DNA from: Vitrella brassicaformis CCMP3155
Lineage: Eukaryota > Protista > Chromerida
Reading direction: 5' to 3'
Length of the DNA stretch: 28,421 bases
NCBI GenBank assembly: GCA_001179505.1
Contig: CDMY01000710.1
Span: forward strand, 1-28,421
The notes beneath the pieces are model-generated. The model saw nothing but the letters and a program-made list of their open reading frames with translations. It had not been told where the DNA came from and did no database searches. Position 1 is the stretch's first letter. Each line of letters opens with the position of its first letter. This document shows, one piece after another, positions 8,340-20,400 of the stretch. Made by a program: the position numbers and the translations under genes.

Positions 8340-9286
8340 CCTATGACCCTTGGCTCGTGGAAGCTGATCTTTTGCAGCCCCCTCCCCCATTCAAGGGAGA
8401 GGGGGCGACATTGCGTCGTCCGCATCACCACCTCCCTTTGCTGTCTGCCCCCTCTCTTCAGTCACACACAAGTGCAGCCGATTTTTGGTTTCTCGGCCAG
8501 CCTCGCCGTTCACCAGCAAGCACCTCTTCATTCGGCTTCCCCAGGTCTTCAGGAATGGCCGCCAAATCGCCTCACACTGCCCAGCCGCCTTCTGACGGAT
8601 ACCCTAAGGGTCAACCACTGGCCAATCGCGATCGCTAGATTAGTGTGGATCCCTTTCTTTGCCTAAGGATCATCCCCTATATGAATTTGATTTTTGGGAT
8701 TTCCTCTACCTGGAATTCCGATGCGTGTAGGCAGCATATGCCAGAGCTGTTTTGGTTAAGCAAAACTAGACAGGATGCTCTCGCTTCTGATGCCATTCGC
8801 ATGTCATTCGGCAGCCGAACAAAGGAGGGAAAAAAGGAAACGAATTGTGGCAATCCCTTCCAGTTTCATGCATTGCCTAAACATTCGCCTTTACTGTTTT
8901 TCGGACACGCCTGCCCGAAGGGCAGGCACTCCACTTGTCTCACTGGACTGCCTGCAAAGGGATCTCACTGGACGCGCCGGGAGGACCAGCTGAGGAGTGG
9001 CACTAGGATGCTAGCTGCCGTGAAACCGTGCAAAGGCTTAGGACACAGAGGCGTGCGATCGGTCGATCGGAGTATGATCGTGCGTGGCCAGTGTACATGA
9101 ATCGGACTCGCAAAGACTCGGAGGGCGGGGCATTTCCAGGGCCCGTTACCGTAACCAACCAACCAACCTTTCGCCCCCGGGTTCCGCCTTTCGGAAGGTG
9201 TCCTTTTTCGATCGCCTTCCGTTACTAGGGGGCCCCTACCCCCTCGTACCCGTTCGTCGACCCGCGTTCGCGGGGGTTCCATCGAC
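8340..9286 (+). repeat. Dispersed repeat, copy A (blocks 8340-8665 and 9197-9286)
   Basis: Homologous to the reverse complement of 21966-21645 and 21633-21543. Contains hairpin gccccctccccc-attcaa-gggagagggggc (8377-8406). Confidence 0.85.
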
Positions 9287-9868
9287 TTAGGGAAAATTTC
9301 ACGCGGACTACGAAGGAGACATGGGTGTCTGTTTTGCATATGATGCCCATGCAATTGCGGTTCATATGCGCCCCACATCGGGAGGTCCCTGGGCCACGTG
9401 ACCCCCATTTTTACATAGGGGGGCATGCCCATGCGAATTGCGTCTCCTATGAACGCATGAAAATGCATCCATGGAGACGATATAGCAGCCCTGCAAAAAC
9501 GGGGCAGGGGCCAGGGCGGGTGTCCGGCGCACTGATGTCGGCCCGGGGGTTGCTTGGGGGTTAGAGGACGCCATGAAATAGCGCTTACTCGATGCTGATT
9601 GACCTGTCGATGAGAGACAATCAAAATTGAGTGACGACAAGCACACGAATCAAGTCGACCTGATGTCACGTACACCGCAGGCACCTAGTCAACGGAGGTA
9701 GGGTGTAGCCTCCGTTTTTACTAGTTCAAAGAGGCAAAAGCGGCTGTCATGACTTATTTTTCAAAGAAAAAGGATCAATGGTGCGTGCGGGTGAAGTTCC
9801 ACTCAAGCCAGTGTTCTGTCCCTGGCCGAGAAAGATAACTGGCCGGCCAGGCTATTATTCCCACGGGA

Positions 9869-10990
9869 ATGGATCATTCCCATGGGAAGAATCAGGTCGT
9901 CATTTCCGCCCATTCCGCTTCATCTGGTCGGAACAAAATCATCGCTCTCGATTTCCTTCTTGTCTTCAACAAACAAGCATCCAAGCCTCCTGCCCTGCCC
10001 CCGAGGTACTTCAACGCTTGCCGTCAAGACCGCAAGGCCGCTCCCTCCGGAGACATCACCCCTCTCTACTTCACCTCTGACAACATCAATGAGGAAAATT
10101 CTTGGACTCGTCGAGCAGTCCTTGCCACTGCCCAGCCCAGAACCGCTTGAACCGGACGCCGCCCTCCGCGATTCATCGGGAAGAGGAGCATGGACATCCG
10201 AGTCCCCCTCGCTGAAGACACGTACTTCACACCACCAGTGGTGTCGACCACCATCTCGAGTGAATCACGAACACATCCGGGCATACGGGATATAGTGCGG
10301 ACGCCCAGCTTGAAGTGGTCATCCCGCTGCCCGGCGCTGAGGCCGAGAGAGTGCTTGAGTGGCGGGACTGGTACCGGAGAACGAAGATCTCCTGCTCGGA
10401 CGGTACATCTCGTTGAAGAGAAGAAGGATGAAGCCGAACGGCGCCCTGGAAGTCCCGAAAATTCCGAAAATGACGTCAGCACAGCACGAGCGTCATCGCA
10501 TGAGCAAACGTATCAGACGAAAACTTCCATCCAAGACCAATGGGCGGGTATAGAAAGTGTGAGTGTACACGTATTACTACACCGTACCCTCACCGTTGCA
10601 AGCGTCGCGTACTCGAACCCTATCTGTACTCTATTCCTCCTCGGGTTTTGGACCAGGAGCATGTACTACTTGAAACCTCCTGGTCCATGTACCAGCTCCA
10701 CTGCAGAAGCGAAAACAGCTCAGCACATGATGTAGTCGGGAAAGTCCGGCGGACCATCAGTCGCATTTTTGAAATTGAAGAGCCCTGGGTTACGCTCTTC
10801 TGGATGGAGACAGATGAGTGATCAGATCACTATTGATGAGCTGGATAAGGTTCTTCGCCAAGAGAATGACGTGCCACTGGCATCATGCAATCCCATGCGT
10901 ATGCAATGTGGAGGTGCTGCGACGGGATCGCTCCTCCTCCTACTGTTGAGGTCCGAATCGCTAATTTTGTCGTGAAATTTCCAACGACCT
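9869..10990 (+). pseudogene. Decayed hypothetical gene; 3' part possibly ubiquitin-like
   Basis: Coding-looking segments lie in shifting frames (VVGKVRRTISRIFEIEEPWVTLFWMETDE* / SDQITIDELDKVLRQE). No intact model could be built. Confidence 0.25.
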
Positions 10991-11014
10991 GTAACGTCTG
11001 CACGCCCTGCGACG

Positions 11015-13801
11015 ATGGACTGGCGGGCTGTTGTGCTGGTTTCCGTGGCCATATCATCATGCCAGCAGACAACATCCGTCCCTATTGCGTCAAAGGACAT
11101 TACCCCGCCACCGCCGCGCAGTACAGATGGTCTCGAGGATGGCGCACCGCCAGCCTATGTGTTCACCGTGTTTGTGTCGGAGGATGAACGCGACGATAAT
11201 GAGGGGCTCAACAAACTCATGTACAAAATAACGGACAAGACGACGGGCGCAAAGATCATCGAGAGTTCGGCGCTGGGCCTAACGGTCAACGGCACGGACT
11301 TAGGGCGAGGAGTGGAGATGCACGAGCTTCCCGCGGAGAAGATAGACGAGACTTACGTAAAGATCGGCAAGCACCGTGTGGTGACGAGTCACGCCATGGA
11401 CTACACGTTCCACGTGCTGCATCTGGAGAGCAACATCACGTGGTACCTCAATGTGCGGCTATTCAACGACGGGGTGGCGTTCAGATACTCGTGGCAAGGG
11501 AGTCAAGAAGACCAGATCAGCAAGGAGGACACGGAATTCGTGATGCCCGGTGCGTGGGTGTGACTACATCTGTCATCTATCTGGGCACGGCATGGTGGAC
11601 ATGGCTCGGTGTATCTGCAGATGGCACCTACGTGTGGTATTTTGAGAGGACAGATGGCCGTCAGCGTTACGAGCTGCAGTCATATGCTGGTAAGTACAAA
11701 AGACAATGCACCCAGGCCTCCATGTGTACCCATTGCGCACATAGGTGAGTGGTTGCATTCCCCCGTGGACCATCTTGCCACACGCGAGAAGCAAATTGGC
11801 CACCTATACGGAGCCCCTCTTCTTTTCGATTTAACTGGCCCTGAGAGCGACGGCTGGAGCAGCAAGGGCATCCAGTACGCCTTGGTCACCGAGGCGGCAC
11901 TCTATGACTTTTCCGGCATGCGTATCGAGGCCCTTCCCGGCCGCATCTTCCGTCCCAACTTCGCCGAGGCGACCTTTCCCGCGCCGCCCCAGAGCAAGGA
12001 TGACGGCCTGATTCACTGTCCCTGGCGCGTCGTCATGCTGGCGTCAAACCTCCACCGCCTGGTCAGCAACGAGATGATCTCGCATCTCAACCCCGGCCCC
12101 TCGGTTGACCTCTTCCGCACAGGAGCACGGGACGATCAAGAACAAGGGCGTGCGCCATCGTGGGTGGTGCCCGGCCGATCTGTGTGGCAATGGTACAACG
12201 CGAAGTGGACGGGCCATCGGTTCGAAGATATCATGCCTGAGGGTGAAAAACGGTATATCGACGCTGCAGCCGAGTTGGGCTTCGAGTACACCACCGTTGA
12301 CTGCTGTTGGCTGCAATGGGGTGCACCCCGCGACGATGATGGGTGTTACACGGCACCAACACGGCACCAACCCCCTTGACACACCATCCATCCTCTGTGT
12401 CCGTGCAGTGATGATGATTTTCTGATCCGCCGGAAAGGTCCGGACGCCCTGTGGCCTGCACCCAGCTGGCCCGACGAGATGCCTGTATTCAACTGGCCCA
12501 ACGCCACCACCAGGCAGGCTTCATACACCCTGCTTGCCGACGTCTGCAAATACGCCAGCGACAAAGGAGTCAAAGTCATTGCATGGAAAGTCAGTGCACT
12601 AATAGTGCCCCGACACGAGAACATGTTTGGCGTCCCTGGTTTTTCAGGACGCACATGACAAAGACAGGATAACTAAGCCGGGCCCCGACAGGAGCTTTGC
12701 CAATCTGCGCAACTTCCTGAGCCGCCTTAAGGCTGTGGGTGCCAGCGGTGTCAAAGTGGACTATGTGCATGGCGAGACTGAGGGTGAATGCGTCGCACAG
12801 GGCTGGGAGGGACACATCGCGGTCGTGTATCATGACGTGACGGATTCTGTCTCTCTTTGTGTGGCTAGATAAGGTTCAATTCGAGACGGCATTGATGGAA
12901 ATGACTGCCGAGCTGAAGCTGGTGGTTAATATCCACGGTTGCCGGAAGCCCAGCGGAGAGTCCAGGAGATATCCAAACCACGTAAACCCACATACACACA
13001 GACACAGAATCGCTCACACACACGCCCGTCTGTGTGTATGGCATGGCAGCTGACGCGTGAGGCTGTGTGGGGTATGGAAATTATGCGTTTCCTCCATGGT
13101 AGGTACTTTAAGAGCCCTTCCAAGCTGGCACTCAAGCCCATCACAGCACGACACAATGCCATACTCCCCTTCACACGATTCGTCATCGGCGGCGCCGACT
13201 ACACACCGATGGCGCTCAGACCGGAAATGAGGGGCAGCACGACCATAGTCAGCCTCACACTCAGCCAGACAGCAACCTTTAATCATGTGAATGGGGGGAT
13301 GGGTGTGTGCAGGTGCATCAGATAGCGTTGCTGGTTCTGTTCGACTCGCCGCTGCAGACCATAGCCGAGGATCCCCATTACCTACTGGACAAGGACAAGC
13401 CCCACGCGGCCGCTCTGGACGTCATCAAGGCCATCCCCGCCACATGGCACACCACGCACCTCCTCCCACCCAGCAGCATCGGCGAGCTCGTCGTCATGGC
13501 ACGCAAGACTAACGACGAGGCGACCGACACGTGGTTCCTCGCAGCAATCAACGGGCGAGACGAACAAGTGACAATCGATGCGATATCTGTGGACTTCCTG
13601 GACAAGATCAAGACATACGAGATGGTTACTTTATCGAGTGTTGATGGTGACGGTGAGGGGATGGTGCAGCGAAGAGAGGCCAGGAAAAAGGGCGAGGAGT
13701 GGCAGCGGCTGGAAGGTGTGAGGCTGCTTCCTGGCGATGGGCTGGTGGTCATGTGGACGGCCGAGGAAAGAAAGAAAGAAGACAAACGGAAAGAACTGTG
13801 A
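11015..13801 (+). CDS. Glycoside hydrolase family 97 (retaining-type, alpha-galactosidase-like), 8 exons, ~772 aa, predicted signal peptide
   Basis: Exons 11015-11549, 11621-11689, 11745-12342 (donor less certain), 12409-12589, 12648-12783, 12869-12981, 13050-13247 and 13313-13801 join in frame (2319 nt). Motifs: VRLFNDGVAFRY, PWRVVM, PGRSVWQW, RYIDAAAELGFEY, GVKVDY, NIHGC..PSG..RRYPN, TREAVWGME, HNAILPFTRF..G.ADYTP, HQIA, IP.TW. Confidence 0.93.
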
Positions 13802-14219
13802 CCGTGTCGTTTGGTCATGACGTGATCTCCCTGCAAACTCGTTTATCTGTGTGGGTGAGGAATGTGCATGATAAACAAGCAGTCTGTTGCGCCGCTGGTC
13901 GTTTCTGGCCGGCTCAGGCAAAGAAATGAGTGGACCTTTAACGATGGATATGCGACAAGAAGATGACAACAATGTTAGCACCCACTGGCTGGCGGGGTGT
14001 CTCGGTGTTGTGTGTATGTGCCTGGTGGGCATGGATGTAGGCCACTAAGAAGAAGCCTGCCAGCGGGCGTGTCGTGCCGAGACATGACAGGCTGACAGAC
14101 AGATGTCATACGAGAGGCGATACACGTGTTGGTTTGGTTCTGTGTGTTGTGTGTGGGGTGAGATCCGCAAGTTTGGTTCAGCACTGGGTGAGATCCGCAA
14201 GTAGCAGAAGGACACAGGT

Positions 14220-15159
14220 TTGCCGCTCCGCAAGCATGTGGTGGGCCACTGGCCCGCGAACAGAGGCGGCGGCGCTGACACTCCACGTCAACGAGCGCAT
14301 GAAGGAGGCCCAGGTCGCCTACAGCAGTGAGGCCTTTCTCGTGAAGGTGGCCGCCGCCCTGGGGCTGATGTCGATGGCGAGAAAGGCGTTGTCGCGGCCA
14401 ACCCCGACAAGGTCGATCGGCTGGTGCGTGCGACACGCGCTTTGGTGCGGCGGAGTGGCCTGCAGAGGCTCCTAGGCAATTGCTCCTAGGGCACTGGACG
14501 TGGTTCATGATGGCGAGGCGGCCGGCCCTGTCATCTTGGCGAGATCGTATGAGTTCTGTCGACGACTCTCGATCGGGGTTTGGCGAGGCTGTGGCCACGG
14601 GTCTGCGGCCCTCTCCTCCTCATCAACATTCGAGCACCGGTGGCGCCCGGCTTTCGACGCATCCGAGGATGGGTTTGGGGTGACGTACGCTACGGCCTCC
14701 CCCGACACTGGGCGTGCGGCTGCAGAGAGGGCCCTTCTCTCCCCCATCCCATCCCCACTCAGCCCCCCCGACCCTCCTCAATCGAATCGAATCGTGCTAG
14801 CGAATCCAAGCCTGAGTATGAGCTGTCCTTCGATTCTGACGGTCGTCCATCTGAGGCCCGGCTGGTGCACGAATATGACACAGGCATCCGCGCATTCACG
14901 ATGCGCAGTTATAGAAGGATGCTTGGGGTTTGGGGGGCGGAGAACGAACGGAACACCCGTTGGAAATCCCTTCTACGTCGAAGCGACAAGCGAGGGGGAA
15001 GAATTGATCACGATGGAGTGGAGAACGGACAGTGCAGCCTTCCGCAGTTTTCCTGGGACGTATCGTACCGTCAAGGCTCCGTGGATCGGCACGCCCGATT
15101 GGCATCCCGTCGCCCTCCTCGACGATGACAACAAAGCCAATGCTCTTCGGCTTCACTGA
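14220..15159 (+). pseudogene. Frame-disrupted hypothetical gene remnant
   Basis: Protein-like segments occur in alternating frames (ESKPEYELSFDSDGRPSEARLVHEY.. / GNPFYVEATSEGEELITMEWRTD..LRLH*). No family recognised. Confidence 0.25.
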
Positions 15160-15289
15160 TTGTCTTACACAAGGGTCGCTATGTCGCCCACGACAGCGGC
15201 TAGCCTCCTGTCTACAACGCTTTTCGAGCGCTGCGGCTCTTCGTGGCGCTGCGATGTCAGGCCGCGATCTCAGGACAGTGTTTCGCTCG

Positions 15290-16290
15290 ACAGTGCGGGT
15301 CTCCGTCGACCCACGGCCTCGAGTATTATCGCCGTCATTGTCGTATACTTTCGTCGATACGAACATATACAATCTCGGTCGCTACGCATAATCGCACGGT
15401 GTCGCTTCAACGAAGTCTCATTCGTCGAATCACGACGGCGGTCGTGTCGTATGCGAGGCAGCGTGCCTTCGACGATTCGCAGCGGCATACGCCGTCGATT
15501 CGATTTCGTGTGTCTCGGCCGCTCCGCATTCCGTGGACGTTTGGCGCGAACGAACCGTCATCCGCCGAAGTACGACAGCGGTCTTTTATCGCATTCGGGG
15601 CACCTGCTCTCGTCAATTCAAGGCTGCGTACGCTGTCGATTCGGTCATACGTGTCTCACTCGTTCTGCGTCTGTTGGCGCTGGGAGACAAACACTCGTCC
15701 GTCCAAGTATGTCAACGCTGACTCAGCGATCGTGTCGTACTCAGCACGTTGTGTCTTCGCCAATTCGCGGCTACTTCGTGTAGTGACTATATTATACGAG
15801 TCTCGGTCGTTCCACGTCTGGGCGCGTCGAGGGGAATGAACTCTCATCCGTCGAATTACGACAGCGGTCTTTATCACATTCAGGGCAGCTTGCTCTCGCC
15901 GGTTCGCAGCGCGGCGCTGTCGCTTCGGGTTTCAGTCTTTCTACGTCTGTGGGCGCTGGGAGAGAACAAACACTCGTCAGTCGAATTACGTCACCGCTCA
16001 TCCAGTGATCGTGTCGTACTCAGGGCAGCATGCGTTGCGCACGCCGTCGAGTCGATTTTGTGTGTCTCGCGTCGATTATATATTTTGTGTGTCTCGGCCG
16101 CTCCGCGTTCCGTGGGCGATAGGGGAGAACGAACTGTCTCCGTCAGATTGCGACAGCGCCGACTTAGTGGTCTTTTGCCGCATTCAGGGCAGCATGCCTT
16201 CGCCGATTCGCGGCTGCTTAGGCTACTGACCTTCACGTCTCGGTCTAGGCGCACGAGGGGGACGATGTCTCCGTTTCGTCCATCTAAAGT
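15290..16290. repeat. Degenerate CpG-rich tandem array, ~7 units of 137-149 bp with alternating A/B types
   Basis: Unit starts at ~15290, 15433, 15573, 15722, 15859, 16002 and 16151. Recurrent motifs are cgacagcggtc, cagggcagc, gtctcggccgctccg and ggagaacgaac. Confidence 0.8.
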
Positions 16291-17418
16291 TGTGCGTCTG
16301 TTACCAATGCGGGGCTGCGACGCCGGCTCGTGAGTGAAGGCATGGGCCGTGTGCCGCTGCGTGTCTTCCGTCGATCGCATTGTTAGTTGCGGTGGGCACA
16401 AAACCGTCGTTCCTCCAATGGTTTGTTCTCGACGCCATGCGAGGCTCGGTCTTTATCGGTGCGAGGTACCGAGGATTATCGAGTAGAGACACGTTAGTCG
16501 ACAACAAAGACGTAACGGCGCAAGGCGACACTTGTCGATTGCGGTCTACGTGCTTCGTATGCGAATGATGGCCTTCGTCATTCACTGTACTGCGAGCTGC
16601 GAGCGCATGTCCTATGCTGTGTGCGTTGTCGACCGAAAGCGGATGCCTATTATCTCGTCGGCGTCGTGGCTGTCTCCGACAAGTCTCGTATTATCGCATC
16701 ACCCGTATCAACGCGACCTCCGTCAGGATCCGCTATTTCGCGAAACTCCGTCTTTGCCATCTATGCGAGGATCTCTTTCGTCGTCGTCGATGGGAAGCTC
16801 TGTCTTTTGTCGACACCTACCTCTCGTCTGTGGCACGAAGTCGGTTAGAGAACGAATTCATGGCGAGGCAAGGCGGCATGTCTCGTACGTTCCTGGCTAC
16901 GCACTGGTCGACTGTAGAGTACGTGCCCGTGCGCGAATGTCTCGTCCTCTATCGATGCAGCCCCGTCCATATCCGGAGCTACGGAGCTATGGGCTCTGTC
17001 GTCGTCGAGTGGAAACGGGGGATTCTCATCAATTCACTGTATGTGCGTGTGCGCCACGTCATCGGCTCAAGGTCGTAGCTGTCCGGCTCAAGGCCGTTGC
17101 GATAAAGAGGGAACGCAGCAATATAGAGACACGTAGCGAAACATACGCACGTTAGGCTTTGGCCTCCACACATATGCCAGACGCTCATGCGTGAGTCAGT
17201 CGAACGGAAGCTGAAGGGGGGAAGGGGGAAGATATAGCGCTGACTCAGCCTACTTCCGTCTACTTCTGCTCACCCAAGCTCGCTTGCATACTTTTCGATT
17301 CACGAATCGCGAGTCATTCATTCACTTAAGTCTGGCCATTTTCGGGTCTGTTTCAATGAGAAGGGGGCTGTATCTCGCGAGAACGTGTTAAAACGAGTCC
17401 TGTGGCCGACGAATTAGG

Positions 17419-20400
17419 CTACTTTGAATGGTCCTCAAACACGCGGAGGACCTTTCGGACACTCTTGCTCACAGGCCGGATGTCAATGCTCAGAATGCCA
17501 CTCGTGTTGTTCCATTTCCATGAGCCGAAAGAAGAGCTGTCGTCGTTGCTCTTGGCTGGCCGCCAATCAAGAGCATGATGAGTAGAATCCCCATCACTTT
17601 GGAGCAGCAAATCCGCACCACTGACACGGACAGTCCGATGAAGAATCACTTCAATGTGAATAGTCTGAGTGGTATCCTTGTGCGCGCTCGTGGAAACATT
17701 TCCGTTTGTGAGGGCATCAATCTCTGGTCCAATTTTGATTTGGCCAAAGCCGCCGTCGGTCAAGCCGCTGAAATCGGAAGACACCTCGGTCCTTCGCCTG
17801 ATCGAAGGAACAAGAGCAACAGCTGACGATGGATGCTTGGCTCTGTGCCTGAATGCTTACAGGCGGTAGACAGGGCGATTCTGCAGATCATAGTGATCCA
17901 CGGTGGCCCCATCGTCGTCAATTACTTCAAAAGACGAGCCAGTATTCAGGGAAGCAAATACCCTCACCGAGAGACTTGCCTCCACCTCTCCGTGCAAAAG
18001 GCGGCCATCGGCGTCTTTGGTACCGTCAGTCACGGGCATGAAAGGTATGATCGCACCGCTTTTCGCGTACGCAGGTAGAGTATACACGCCTTCCGAGTGA
18101 CGAAACAGTGAAACGTTCCGCAGCCACTGGCCGCCGGCAAAATGTGCGTATGGATGATGGTACGAGTGCCAGTCGCCTTCAGGCAGGTAGACATCAGTGT
18201 GGGTCTGGCCGTGTTGGGCTGCAAAAGCGACCATAATTTGATCACCAAGCATCTTTTGGCTTCCCATGGTGCGCACAGTGGCGTCAGAAGGGAAGTAATA
18301 CCTGCTCGTAACAAGCAAATGCACGAGAAATGGCAGGATGCCTTTTGCTTGGCGAGCCCCGACTGTCTCACCACAAGGGCGCAATGACTGGCAGTCCGTA
18401 CTGGAATGCGCGATAGGCCAGCGCATAGTAATACGGAATCAACTCATATCTCTGACGAACGTTGAACCTGGATCCACATGGACACGGATGACACTACAGT
18501 CTCTTGGCCCCCCCCCCCCCCCCCCCCCCCCNNNNNNNNNNNNNNNNNNNNNNNNNNNNNNNNNNNNNNNNNNNNNNNNNNNNNNNNNNNNNNNNNNNNN
18601 NNNNNNNNNNNNNNNNNNNNNNNNNNNNNNNNNNNNNNNNNNNNNNNNNNNNNNNNNNNNNNNNNNNNNNNNNNNNNNNNNNNNNNNNNNNNNNNNNNNN
18701 NNNNNNNNNNNNNNNNNNNNNNNNNNNNNNNNNNNNNNNNNNNNNNNNNNNNNNNNNNNNNNNNNNNNNNNNNNNNNNNNNNNNNNNNNNNNNNNNNNNN
18801 NNNNNNNNNNNNNNNNNNNNNNNNNNNNNNNCCCCCCCCCCCCCTCCCCTTCCCAGCACGTACGCACCTGTTGCTGTTGAGCCATCCGATCTCTGCCGGA
18901 GATATCCTATAAACACAGTGCTTATCCTCACTCCCAGGCGGGCACTTGTTCATCTTGAGGTTTTCTGTGTGTACGCGGAGAGGGACGTCAAACCATGCGC
19001 TGGCCGCCAACCATCTGGTATACATTCCGTCCTCTGCTGGATGGGCGCCGTTGGCTATCGCTGTGTCGTTGGGAAAGAACCATCGCTTGAATCCTCCGGT
19101 GTCCGTACCGTAATAGTCGATCCCAACAGTCACCTGTGGCGCATCAGCAATTTATCTGCGCTGAGGCTTTGTCGCTTCCTGTATTGGCATGCGATTCACC
19201 ATATTCATCTGCGACTGCTGATGCATGGCAAGGGCATCAAGTCTGCTTGCAATGTCTCCACTCCACACTGACGCTCCGAACCGCTGAATGCCGAGTGTTC
19301 CGGCTCGAGACAACATGAAAGGTCGTTGGGCTGTCTGGTTGGCACGATGGTTGCGGACGTAGCCGTCGTAGATGCTTCGGAGCCACAAGAAATTGTAGCT
19401 GATTCATACAAGTGCAAAGAAAGGCATGTGTGCAACGTGCTCGTTGGTGTTGTTTCGTTCCTCATTTACAGGTTATGCACATCTGCATGACGCTTCCCAG
19501 AGAGCCCCGCCCCGTTGTAACAAGCATCCTCGTCATAGCGTGAGGGCTCGCCCAGGTCGGTCCAATGAGCAGCGATCCCATTGCTAATGATATTGGGGTA
19601 TCGACGGTGGTCGTGTACCCACGCAGCTCCCTCCGCATGTGTCCAATCAACCATTGAGCCCTCACCCCACCAACTAAAACAAAGAACGCAGATGCGACTG
19701 TGCGCGGCTTTGTCGTGCATTTACGCACTCGTGCAAAGCGATCGGTGCTCGGGGATTGCCACACTCGGTGGCGAGATAGCCCTTGCCCTTCATCTCATGA
19801 TAAGTGAGCGTCTCGGATGCCATGTAGGACTCCTCGATTGCCATGAGAGCCAGGTGGTCACTATGATATGCAGCAATGTGCCTCTGAGGGTCGGGAAAGT
19901 GCCGTGTGTCCCAGTCAAGTGTGCCCATGGAGGACTTGATGCTGGGACGGATGCCCCCGAACCAATATAAATCTGATACCCAGCAGCAAAAAGGACACAC
20001 CGGCAAGTACCCGTGCGTGTGTCCTTCTTCTTCATCACCAAGGACAATCCCATCAATGGGTATTTTTGCGTCCCGTACGCTTTTTACTGCAGAGTCAGTC
20101 TCGTCCCAGGACTCGAAACCGTACTCACTCAGCCACTGACCAATCACACACTCCCCCAGTCATGTCGCAATTTAGCTGACTTCTTACCAGCCCAAACGCC
20201 TTCCTGGGAGGCACAGGAGGCGTGCCGACCAGCTGCATGTACCGAGATCGCACGGTTAGTGGGTCCTCTCCCATAATGACGAACAAACGATGCGGCACAT
20301 CCGCAGGGGTGTTTGGAGTGGCGATCGTCCACCATTCTGATGATGAAAAATCCCAAGACCTAAGCATAGCAAGGAGGCGCCGCGTTCACGCGGATTGATT

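Noticed and set aside
11015-11065. Lipobox-like ISSC (and WSC in GH31) as a relic of bacterial lipoprotein signals
   Set aside because: Cys near the end of a signal peptide is common and eukaryotes lack Lgt/SPase II; there is no way to support it here.
14157-14203. 17-bp direct repeat gggtgagatccgcaagt with a 13-bp spacer
   Set aside because: Two copies only; a local duplication, not CRISPR.
18338-19271. Long poly-X/Pro/Gly ORFs in the track
   Set aside because: Artefacts of the N gap and poly-C flanks.
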